Positions 26,045 to 34,458 of a DNA stretch of 64,000 nucleotides are shown here, one piece after another (position 1 is the stretch's first letter; the number at the start of each line of letters is the position of its first letter). The notes under the pieces are model-generated. The model was not told the DNA's origin and did not search any database. It saw nothing but the letters and a program-made list of their open reading frames with translations. The DNA comes from Solirubrobacterales bacterium. Lineage in GTDB: Bacteria > Actinomycetota > Thermoleophilia > Solirubrobacterales > 70-9. A program made the position numbers and the translations under genes. The stretch covers positions 33,668-97,667 of the forward strand of contig JANWHD010000017.1 in the NCBI GenBank assembly GCA_025450585.1, read 5' to 3'.

Positions 26045-26427
26045 AGAGTCTCGGTGTCTTCGGACGTCTCCTCGTCGCGCTCGGACGAGTGCCCCCTTGT
26101 GCCGCGGACGTTTCGGCGGCGTGCCTTCTCGTCGAGCGCGAACCGCAAATTGATCTTCTGCACCGCGCCGGACTCGACCCCTTTCGAGCCACCCAGCGTG
26201 ATGACTTTCAGATCGATGCCGCCGTGTCCTTCACCCCGCTTAATGGCGGTGAACTGGAGCTCTAGCTCCAGCTCCTCGACGACGAACAGTGCGGGCTTGC
26301 CGGCCACGCGCCGGCTGGCGTCAAGCGCCTCAAGTTCTTCCCGAACCTTCGACACCAATTCCGCGACGCCGAGATCAGAGTTGTCAGTCGGATCATCGCT
26401 AGGCCGAGAAGAACCTTGACTTCCCAT
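26041..26427 (-). CDS. Trypco2-like (trypsin-co-occurring domain 2) small adaptor protein
   Basis: 128-aa ORF. The pattern matches trypco2 family proteins as I recall them: ...LVSKVREELEAL...ALFVVEELELELQFTAIKRGEGHGGIDLKVITLGGSKGVESGAVQKINLRFAL.... Confidence 0.6.
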   Translation of the reverse strand: MGSQGSSRPSDDPTDNSDLGVAELVSKVREELEALDASRRVAGKPALFVVEELELELQFTAIKRGEGHGGIDLKVITLGGSKGVESGAVQKINLRFALDEKARRRNVRGTRGHSSERDEETSEDTETL

Positions 26428-26633
26428 GGTTCACGAGTATCACTTAGTCAGAAGGTTTACGCAAGGGCTCGTCATCTCGATCGCCGTTAGCTCTTGAATC
26501 TGTTTCCCGCATCACCGCTCCCCCTATGCGCGAGAGGCAGCAATTCCGTTGCACGCGAGAGCGGATGACGGATGCTCGCCGGCGCGACATACACCCGCTC
26601 CGACAGCGGCGGCCTGATCGCACAGAGCGCACA

Positions 26634-27083
26634 TTACGCATTCTTGATCGACTGTGGCAGTGTGAGCATCATGTCGCCCCAAAAGTCAGGGGGGTAGCGA
26701 TAGCGGCCGTCGAACCTGACCTCAATGGCGTAGGCCCGGGAGTCGACGTCGCGAGCAACGACAGCGAGCTCGATCCGGTAGTGGTGGTCCTCAAACAACT
26801 GGTCGCTGACCGCGCTTCCGGACTTCGCGGAGGCACCTTCTTGCCTAACACAGAGAGAGCCAGTCGTGAGCAATTCGTCCTCTGGCGGAGCAGGCGAGTA
26901 GCCACCTTGGCCGTCACTTACGGTTGGGGCAGGAAACATCAGCAGGTCAACGTGTCGCGCAACCCCGGGGGGGATCTGGACGCGCGGATCTGGCGTGGCA
27001 CTCCATCGCAGCGGGTAGATGTCGAGCGGGGGTTGCCAGGCCTCCTCCTCATCCTCAAGCGCGTAGAAAGCGGTTACGAGCAC
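26634..27083 (-). CDS. Hypothetical protein
   Basis: 149-aa ORF with a coding-like codon pattern and no recognisable motif. Confidence 0.45.
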   Translation of the reverse strand: MLVTAFYALEDEEEAWQPPLDIYPLRWSATPDPRVQIPPGVARHVDLLMFPAPTVSDGQGGYSPAPPEDELLTTGSLCVRQEGASAKSGSAVSDQLFEDHHYRIELAVVARDVDSRAYAIEVRFDGRYRYPPDFWGDMMLTLPQSIKNA

Positions 27084-27114
27084 TTCGACGTCCTCCGCAG
27101 AGCGGCGCCTCTTC

Positions 27115-27381
27115 TCATTCTTGACCCTCGGACGAAGCCAGTAAGCTGGGGGACTGTCCTTGCTGCCAAAACAGGTCCCGATTGCTCTCGGTCCAGTTGG
27201 GGTCTAGGTGTAGCGACAGGCGTGGACGCGACCTCCACTCCCGCCAGGTGTCGCGATAGAGCGCGACCAAGACCGCTGAAAGCGTGCCGACGGCGGCGGC
27301 GACCGCCGCACCGGCCACAATCCACTCGCGGGTTTCATGGGCCTCGGTCATCTGTTGGATCGTGTCGTTTCGGGCGGACAT
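27115..27381 (-). CDS. Hypothetical single-pass membrane protein
   Basis: 88-aa ORF with TM helix WIVAGAAVAAAVGTLSAVLVALY. It may be one frameshifted gene together with 26634..27083. Confidence 0.4.
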   Translation of the reverse strand: MSARNDTIQQMTEAHETREWIVAGAAVAAAVGTLSAVLVALYRDTWREWRSRPRLSLHLDPNWTESNRDLFWQQGQSPSLLASSEGQE

Positions 27382-27570
27382 CCCGTTGCAGGTGCTCTCC
27401 GCCGGATCGTTGCCGGTCGCTTTCGGGTTCCAGCATCTGGGATTGGGCTTCGTGGTTAGTCCTGCTTTGCGCGATCAGCCATAGCCTGCGGGGTCAGTTG
27501 GGCGAGTTCAGATCAGTGTTATCGCGAGACTCCGAAGGGAAACGGGCTACGTTCCCCGAAAAGAGAAGCC

Positions 27571-28029
27571 GTGAGCGGAGGACAGGATTCGCCGGAGCGC
27601 ATAACGCTGAACCCGACCGACTACTTCCGGGTGATTGAGGAGCGCCGAAGGGCTGCCGAGGGCGTGCTCTGGCAACTGCCGAGCATAAGCCTGGTCGCGC
27701 AAGCGTTCCTGCTGACCGCGGGTCTCAACGCAGACGTCGAGCCGTGCTCGCAGATGGTTGTCGGGTCACTGGGGATTGCTGCCGTATTGGGCACGGGTGT
27801 GGTCATTCTCTACCAAGTTGTGCGTGCGACCGTCTTCGAGCGTTGGCTGAGCCAGGCGGTGAGTCAGCCCCTCGGGCCAGACGAGCTTGAAACCGAGCTC
27901 AAGGACAACTCCGGGAAGATCTCGGTCGAATGTGCGTTCAAGGCATTCTGCGTGGTCTGCGGGGGCGCTCTGCTTGCGTTTCTCGCGGCCGACGGGTACG
28001 TCTTCGGCCAAGGAGCTGGGTGGTGGTAA
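27571..28029 (+). CDS. Hypothetical multi-pass membrane protein
   Basis: 152-aa ORF with three or four hydrophobic helices. Confidence 0.5.
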   Translation: MSGGQDSPERITLNPTDYFRVIEERRRAAEGVLWQLPSISLVAQAFLLTAGLNADVEPCSQMVVGSLGIAAVLGTGVVILYQVVRATVFERWLSQAVSQPLGPDELETELKDNSGKISVECAFKAFCVVCGGALLAFLAADGYVFGQGAGWW

Positions 28030-28065
28030 CGAACGCCACGCTGCCCCTGCTTTGCGCGAGGAGCG

Positions 28066-28497
28066 TCAGGGGGCGCTGAGACCCGGGGTGGTCGCAGGGT
28101 CCCAGGAGATGGAGATATCCGCCCCCTGGTCCTCGGGACTATCTACTTCGTCCTTCTCGATGAGGAGTCGGAACACCCGCGTGTCGTTCACGTCGGGGAG
28201 AAGGACCCCGGTGAGTCTCCGGACGTTCTGCGAGGTGAAGAGTGTGTCGAGGACAGGCTTGACGAAGTTGTCGAGGTCGACGGCCGGCCTCGCCAGGTCC
28301 AAAGGAGTCATCCACAAGGTCACCTCGACGGTGAACCTGGCGGCCTTCAGGTGAGGCGAGGTGAACGGCGCCTGCGGATAGGCGGCTTCCACCGCGGCGC
28401 CTATGGCGTCCCTCCATTCGGAGCTATCGCGGCGCGCTGGGTGTTCACGCACCTGAATCCGCCAGGGGTTCGGGGTTGAGTCAATTCCTTCGCTCAT
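28066..28497 (-). CDS. RusA-like Holliday-junction resolvase (endodeoxyribonuclease)
   Basis: Internal Met at 28497 of ORF 28066..28572. RusA-type acidic motif ...RPAVDLDNFVKPVLDTLF...VNDTRVFRLLIEK.... Confidence 0.55.
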   Translation of the reverse strand: MSEGIDSTPNPWRIQVREHPARRDSSEWRDAIGAAVEAAYPQAPFTSPHLKAARFTVEVTLWMTPLDLARPAVDLDNFVKPVLDTLFTSQNVRRLTGVLLPDVNDTRVFRLLIEKDEVDSPEDQGADISISWDPATTPGLSAP

Positions 28498-28693
28498 GGC
28501 AGCATTCTCCCGCTTTGCGCGAGATGCGGGCGTGACGTTGAATGGGCTGGCGCTTCGCCCGATACTGGGCATCCTTGGTCTACCAGGGATTGCTTGGCCC
28601 GATCGTTTATCGGGTCGCCTCCCCAGAGGTCTCGATGGAAGGGCTCTGCCCCCCGACCATTCGCTACCGTCTCCGGCCTCGATTCCTTAGCGG

Positions 28694-29620
28694 CTACAGC
28701 CCTCCGGCGGGAGGTTCCGCAAGACGCCACACGTTCGCGACTACCTCTCGGCTCCGTCCGAAGATGAACCGCTCGGCGTCAGCGTAGGCCCGGAGGTTGA
28801 GCTCCGCCACCGCCTCGCTCGGCACCTTGATCCCCCTCAGCCCGTCGCCTTTCCCTGTCAGGACCAGGCAGGCGCCGGGAGCCAATGGAAGCGCCGTCTC
28901 AAGCCTACCGTCGCCTCTCCGCGTCACGTTGACGCCATTGTCGGAGGTGACGAACTCCCCTCCGCTTGGGCGCAGTAGGTACCACTCCATTTCCAGCGGA
29001 TGCCTGCCAGCCTCCAGCAGGTTGTCCACCATCGCCCGCCACGCCTCCTCGCGCACGTATTTGGCCCGCAACCGTCCCTCTGACTTCGCTCGCCTGAGGA
29101 ACCCGCGCATCTGCTCCAGCTCCTCGGCGGAGGACTCCACGCCGTGCCCCCGGGCCGCCCGGGCAAACGCATCTGGGTCTTCCAGGTGTTCAACCAGGAC
29201 GGCCTCGGCGGTCTCGCGGATCATCTCTTCAGCTCGCGCCAGCGCCTTTGGCGTCCGCTTCAACTGCAGCGCAATGAAGATCGAGATCGCAATCCGATCG
29301 TGATCGCCCATCTGCTCGGGGCACTCCAACAGCAGGTTGAGCGCCCCGGCAGCGTAATCCTCGATCAGGCTGATCAGCGACTCGATCCGGTTGTCTTTCT
29401 CGGCCTCCGTGGAGCGCACCGAGTAGAAGCGATGCCGGGTTGCGGCAGTCCTCACGGAGACGCGCGCGGTGGCCCCGCTGGTGGCGTCGAGCTGGAAGAT
29501 CCGGCCCTCGTTGTCGCCGGGTGGCTCGGCGAAACGTGCCAAAAGGAAGCGAGAAACGATGTGGTGGCGCTTTGCCTCCGACTCCGGCATCCGGCGCCGA
29601 CCGGCGCCGATCTCGCGCAT
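28694..29620 (-). CDS. DUF4238-like protein
   Basis: Internal Met at 29620 (or 29590) of ORF 28694..29791. The N-terminal ...KRHHIVSRFLLARFAE... resembles the H-x-V/I-P/S-x-F-x-L-x-x-F start of DUF4238. Confidence 0.5.
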   Translation of the reverse strand: MREIGAGRRRMPESEAKRHHIVSRFLLARFAEPPGDNEGRIFQLDATSGATARVSVRTAATRHRFYSVRSTEAEKDNRIESLISLIEDYAAGALNLLLECPEQMGDHDRIAISIFIALQLKRTPKALARAEEMIRETAEAVLVEHLEDPDAFARAARGHGVESSAEELEQMRGFLRRAKSEGRLRAKYVREEAWRAMVDNLLEAGRHPLEMEWYLLRPSGGEFVTSDNGVNVTRRGDGRLETALPLAPGACLVLTGKGDGLRGIKVPSEAVAELNLRAYADAERFIFGRSREVVANVWRLAEPPAGGL

Positions 29621-29694
29621 CGCGAATGCAAGCGACCCCTCGGGGTACGGATTGGACTCGGACGAAGTCACGCAGCTTTGGCGTCCTGCCGCGG

Positions 29695-30234
29695 TCAGCC
29701 GCCGTTGCCAAAGATCGCAACGAGGATGGCGCCCCCCGCGACGGTACCGACGACGGTCACGATCAGGACGGCCAGGTGTTCGCGCCACCACGGTGGCTTC
29801 GCGGGCGCGGGCGCCGGAGCGGGCTCAACACGAGTCGGAGTCGGGGGCACCTCGGTGCCGAAGGTTTTGAGGCCCATGTCGGGCACGGACCACCGCCGCT
29901 TCCCCTTCAGGGAGCCGATGTGCGTCGGCATTTCTTCGAGGATGTCCCACTGCTTCATGTCGTCGATCCCGTCGCCCTCGTCCACGAAACGGAGGATTCG
30001 CGCCGGGAGGTCGATACGCACCGGCCCTTCGTCCCAACGCTTGGCGCCCGCCACGACCATCGCCGCCTCGGCCTGCGGAGCGAGTTCCTTCAACGCCCGT
30101 TCGCGGTACGCCCACTCCTCATCCGCCCAGCCGTGGTCCGGGCTGCGGCGCTCCCCGAGGTATTCGCGGTACGTCCGCTCGAAGTCTTCGAGGACGGCGA
30201 TGTGGCGGTCGATCTGCTCAGCGGACGGCGACAT
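29695..30234 (-). CDS. Hypothetical C-terminally anchored membrane protein (paralog 1)
   Basis: 179-aa ORF with N-terminal SAEQIDRHIAVLEDFERTY and a C-terminal TM helix. It is a paralog of 30526..31125. Confidence 0.5.
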   Translation of the reverse strand: MSPSAEQIDRHIAVLEDFERTYREYLGERRSPDHGWADEEWAYRERALKELAPQAEAAMVVAGAKRWDEGPVRIDLPARILRFVDEGDGIDDMKQWDILEEMPTHIGSLKGKRRWSVPDMGLKTFGTEVPPTPTRVEPAPAPAPAKPPWWREHLAVLIVTVVGTVAGGAILVAIFGNGG

Positions 30235-30294
30235 CTTCGGATAAGACTAGTGCGCTCCCTGGCTCCAGATGCGCGGTTCGCTACCTTCGATCAG

Positions 30295-30522
30295 ATGGAC
30301 ACGCAAGAGAAAACCGCGGCGGCCATGAGCCGCATCGAAGACGAGTTGGACGGGATCGCGAGCGCCCACAGCGCGCGACTCGAAAGGGCCGTGATGGACG
30401 ACGGGCTGATCGTCAGGTCGATGGAGACCGACGAGAGGCTGATCGCCCGAGCCGAGGGGCACTCGGACCTCCAGGCGGCGAGCCGCCTGCTCAGCAACGC
30501 GAAGGCCGGGGGCAGAGCCTAG
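30295..30522 (+). CDS. Possible small hypothetical protein (75 aa)
   Basis: This is the C-terminal segment (MDTQEKTAAAMSRIEDELDG...) of the otherwise antisense track ORF 29440..30522. It lies in the gap between the two paralogs. Confidence 0.3.
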   Translation: MDTQEKTAAAMSRIEDELDGIASAHSARLERAVMDDGLIVRSMETDERLIARAEGHSDLQAASRLLSNAKAGGRA

Positions 30523-30525
30523 CCC

Positions 30526-31125
30526 TTATTGGCCGCCCAGTGCGAGATAGAGGATCACGCCCGCCACGACCGCGCCGCCGATAGTCAGCACCCAGGGGTT
30601 CGGTTCGTGCAGCCACCGCCAGTCGGGGTGGAATCTCGCGGCTGCCCGGCGCACTCGCCTGCCCCGGCTGTGCTCGCGGGCCTCCGCCTCCTCCAACCGC
30701 ATTTCCAGCCCGGCGATCTGCGTCGGCAGGCGGTCAGCGATGTCCTGCCGAAGGTCGTCGTCGGGGGCCTCGTCGCCGAACACGCTGGGTTTGACGTGGA
30801 AGATCAGGGACGCTAGGTCGTCGGCGATAAACGGGCTGCCGACCGCTGGCGGGCCGTAGAGGGCGAGCCCGCCGACGCCGGACGCCTCGATGGCGGCGTC
30901 GGCGCGAGGCGCGAGCTTCCGAATCTCCCGGTCTCGTTCCCTCCACTCGCGGCTCGAGTGGTGCAGCGACCCCCTCATCCGATTCTCCCGGTCGGCCGCG
31001 AGGTACGCGGTGTACTTCTGCTCGAACTCGGTCAGGGCGGCGATGTGCCGACGGATCTGCTCGGCGGATTCGGCCACGCCGGAAAGCGTAGACCGCCCCG
31101 AACAGGCGAGCAGCCCGCGTATCAC
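30526..31125 (-). CDS. Hypothetical C-terminally anchored membrane protein (paralog 2)
   Basis: 199-aa ORF with SAEQIRRHIAALTEFEQKY and a C-terminal TM helix LTIGGAVVAGVILYLALGG. The true start may be the internal GTG (VAESAEQ...). Confidence 0.5.
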   Translation of the reverse strand: MIRGLLACSGRSTLSGVAESAEQIRRHIAALTEFEQKYTAYLAADRENRMRGSLHHSSREWRERDREIRKLAPRADAAIEASGVGGLALYGPPAVGSPFIADDLASLIFHVKPSVFGDEAPDDDLRQDIADRLPTQIAGLEMRLEEAEAREHSRGRRVRRAAARFHPDWRWLHEPNPWVLTIGGAVVAGVILYLALGGQ

Positions 31126-31333
31126 ACCGCAGACTGCTCGGGTATCACGCGGGTATCACTAATCCGCCCGCACCACCCCGCGCAGGCTCGCGCGACCCGG
31201 CAAAAAGCCCGCCCCTGCGCTGCTTTGCGAAGCCATGCGAGGACGGACTTGCTATCGGGGAGGCTGGACTTGAGCCAGCGACGGCCGCAGCAGTCGCTCA
31301 GCGCTCGCTTCCGCCTTGCGCGAGGAAAGGAAC

Positions 31334-31799
31334 TCATCCGAGGTGCGCTCGGATTAGCCCGCTGAAGACCGCGGTTGTCAGCCCGCGCACAGCCTCGGGC
31401 GCCTTCGAGTGCACAGTCGTCGCGGCACTGCGCAGGTTGCCCTCTGCCTCGTCGGTAGGTGCCATCTCGGCGAATGCCTCCAGCAAGTGCCCCAGGCCTT
31501 CGGGCGTTTCCAGCATCTCAAACGCCGGCCACTCACCAATCGCTTGTAGCCCGGCGCCGCTGACCTGGAAATGGGCCCAGTAGACCCCACCGGACGACTC
31601 GGGGTTTTGCTTTGAGTAGTTCACGAGATCGGCGTCGGCGAGAGTTTCAAACACTGACGTGGACATCGCGCTCGCTGAGTCCAGGCAGGGCGGGATGGTC
31701 GCCATCGCTCATCCAGTTCGTCGACAGCATCCCCTGCTCGGGCGGACTGTCGTGAAGCCAACGCAGGACTCGGAGATCCCTCTCCGACCAGGCACTCAC
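31334..31799 (-). pseudogene. Winged-helix-like hypothetical gene, apparently frameshifted (paralog B)
   Basis: GTG at 31799 overlaps the stop of the upstream paralog (GTGA). The N-terminal part ...WSERDLRVLRWLHDSPPEQ...LSERDVHVSV stops, and the sense continues in another frame as ...SVFETLADADLVNY...GLQAIGEWP... (ORF 31334..31705). Confidence 0.4.
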
Positions 31800-32252
31800 G
31801 CCAGGTCCCCGCCAAGTCGCTTCGCCTCGCCAGCCGCGACGTCGAAGGCGACGTTGGTGGCCAGTTGCGCCACGGAACCCGCAGCGCGGCGAAGGGGTTT
31901 TCGGTCTGCCGGGTTGTCGGCGTCCTCGGCGAGGCTGCGCAAGATGGCGACTACGGCCGTTCCCAGTTGCGCGCGTTCGGCTGGGGGCCACTCACCCAGG
32001 ACCCGGAGTCCGCCCGGTGCCAAACGAAGGCGGGAGTAGATAGGCGCCGAACGTCTCCACATGCTCAGCCCACGTGATTAGACCGTGCTCGCCGAGGCGC
32101 CGCAGAGCGTCATCGAGTTCGGCGCCGTCCAGGTGAGGGACCTCTTCGGTGAAACCCTCGCGGTTGAAGCGGTACTGAGCGTTGTACTCCGCCTCCCGCA
32201 CGAAGTGAAGGACCGGCTCGTCAACCCGCTCCCAGGTGCTGTCACTAGTCAC
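31796..32252 (-). pseudogene. Winged-helix-like hypothetical gene, apparently frameshifted (paralog A)
   Basis: ORF 31992..32252 (...LDDALRRLGEHGLITWAEHVETFG...) and ORF 31796..32062 (...IYSRLRLAPGGLRVLGEWP...) overlap in different frames. Together they align with paralog B. Confidence 0.4.
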
Positions 32253-32528
32253 GTGCGCAGCGTCTCATACCCGCCGGCGCGCCCGCCGCTTGCCGGGTCG
32301 GGTCCGCTGGTCCATCTGAGACCGTGGACCCATGGTGAGTTAGGCCGGGTTTGACAGGGACCTTGATCTACCCTCGAAAACTGGGAGTCGGGATTCTGGA
32401 ATCAGCGTGGCTCAACTTCCTGGCCCGGCTCATCCATCTCCTCGAAGGCAAGAAGGGGACCGCTCTACTACCGTTGTGGCACTCAAGCGACCCAGACGAC
32501 GCGATCAGGGCCTAGATCAGGGGGCGAG

Positions 32529-34148
32529 ATGACTGAAGACGAACTTGTGCAGCGGGGCCGCGAGTGCGAGGCAAACGGCGACTTGCAGGGGGCCGAGGCC
32601 GCCTATCGAGAGGCTGACAGTCAAGGGGGCGCTGAGGGCGCAATTCTCCTCGGGCTGGTTCTGAAGAAGCGCGGGGACGCGTCGGGTGCCGCGGATGCGT
32701 TCCGCCGCTCCGAGTCCCGAGGCCACCCTGAGGCTGCTGGAGAACTGGGCAGCCTTCTTGACGATGCGGGCGATACGGAAGCGGCAAGGGCCGCCTACGA
32801 GCGTTCAATTGCCGCTGGTGGAAGGTTGGCGCGGCTGAACCTTGGACTGATGCTGGCCCAGCGCGGCGCTGCAGAGGAGGCTCTTTCGCACCTGCGTATC
32901 GCCGAGGAAGACGGCGACCCGACGGCCTCGTGGGCAATCGGCAAGATCATGGAGGATCGCGGAGATTTTCAGGCAGCCATCCCAGCATACGAGCGCGCGG
33001 CCGATGCCGGCGATCCGAACGCCGCATTCGGCCTGGGGGCTGTCTTCGAGGCGCAGGGCGATCGCGACCAGGCCCGGGCAGCCATGCAAAGAGCCAGCGA
33101 ACTCGGACATGAGGGCGCCACCGAGGTTCTCCAGAAGATGGCATTTGAGGCTGACGCGGCAACGCGGGTCAAGCCGCTTGCGGCCGAAGAGGAGCGTCTC
33201 CTCCAGACGGTGCACCGTGCAGACGGAAATCGCAACCGGATCCTTCTTACCCACCGCCGCCCAAGCGACGACGAGGTGATGGGCACCGGTTCGCCCGTCA
33301 ACTTCATCGCCATCATCCGCAGCACCGACCAGGACCCGAGTGAGCCACCATTTGCATGGCAGCGGGGGTCGACCGAGGCGAGCATCTACGAAGCGGTCGC
33401 GGAAGCGTTCGTAAACGCCGGATCCCTTCCGGGGAGCACCGTGTCGATGCAGCCAGACCTCGAGTGGTTTGTCGACCGCATCCGCGAGGCAAGAGGGTCG
33501 GCGGTGAGCCCCGCAGAGGCCACCAACAAGTTGGTGGAGCTCTACGCCGCCACATGCGGCGAGGTGATGGCGACCTTCAACGCCTGCCTGGAGGTCGCGA
33601 ACCAGGCGATCGGAGCTCGGGAAACGGCGGATATACGCCCGCAGCATGAGATCTCCATTCGGAACTTCACAACCATCGTTGAAAAGGCGGAACAGGAGCT
33701 CCCCCCGCTCTACGAGGCTTTCGACAAGGCTTGCTCGGGAGCCCGTGATGCAGCCGCTCAACTGCGACGGGCGGCTTCCGACCCCCTGCTCGCGGAGATG
33801 AAGCTCGCAATGGCCTACGAAGGGACCGATGTACTGGATCAGGTCGCAACCGCGAAGGGAATCCTGGGCGCAACCTTCGGACCCACCCCCGACGCTTTCA
33901 TCGAGGGCCTTGAGCGGGCCAATGCGCTGATACAGAATCCGCCAGACGAGGGCAACATCTACTGGGGTCCGACCGCACCTTCCGCCGCGTCTGAGCCCGC
34001 CACGAGCAGTACCGTACTTCCAGATCCCGTGTCTTCTTCCCAGGCGGACGAGAGAGCCTGCCCGTGGTGTGCTGAGACGATCAAGTCCGCTGCCGTCATC
34101 TGTCGCTTTTGCGGACGGGACGTGGATATGCAGACAAACGTCGGCTAA
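32529..34148 (+). CDS. TPR/Sel1-like repeat protein with a C-terminal zinc-ribbon
   Basis: 539-aa ORF. The N-terminus has repeated G(D/N)xxxAxxxYxxAAxxG units. The C-terminus has CPWCAETIKSAAVICRFCGRDV. Confidence 0.7.
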   Translation: MTEDELVQRGRECEANGDLQGAEAAYREADSQGGAEGAILLGLVLKKRGDASGAADAFRRSESRGHPEAAGELGSLLDDAGDTEAARAAYERSIAAGGRLARLNLGLMLAQRGAAEEALSHLRIAEEDGDPTASWAIGKIMEDRGDFQAAIPAYERAADAGDPNAAFGLGAVFEAQGDRDQARAAMQRASELGHEGATEVLQKMAFEADAATRVKPLAAEEERLLQTVHRADGNRNRILLTHRRPSDDEVMGTGSPVNFIAIIRSTDQDPSEPPFAWQRGSTEASIYEAVAEAFVNAGSLPGSTVSMQPDLEWFVDRIREARGSAVSPAEATNKLVELYAATCGEVMATFNACLEVANQAIGARETADIRPQHEISIRNFTTIVEKAEQELPPLYEAFDKACSGARDAAAQLRRAASDPLLAEMKLAMAYEGTDVLDQVATAKGILGATFGPTPDAFIEGLERANALIQNPPDEGNIYWGPTAPSAASEPATSSTVLPDPVSSSQADERACPWCAETIKSAAVICRFCGRDVDMQTNVG

Positions 34149-34458
34149 CGGGCAAGCGCCTCGGTTTCCGCAGACGCGAGCTCATATCCGCGGGCTCACA
34201 AGGCCGGAATCTGAACGGAAGGAACGAACAGAAGCCGACGGCTTTGCACGGGAGATCATCCCCCGGCAGGGACTTCTAGGGCAGAGCGACGACCATTGCG
34301 TGTGCTCCTGCTCTGCGCGAAAGCCAGCACTCCTTTCACCCAGAGAAGGGACCACCTGCCAGGACTTCACTGAGCAATGCTGACCATTTCCCAAGCGCCT
34401 ACTGCTTGACTGCGAAATACCCCGAGCTGTCCGCCAACGTCACCCATACTCAACGCGA

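Noticed and set aside
26526-27638. 370-aa + strand ORF
   Set aside because: It crosses two minus-strand ORFs and two intergenic regions. It is Arg-rich with no domain signal.
29144-30522. 366-aa and 360-aa + strand ORFs across the DUF4238 and paralog-1 genes
   Set aside because: They are antisense shadows. Only the last 75 codons (30295..30522), which lie in an otherwise empty gap, were kept as a low-confidence CDS.
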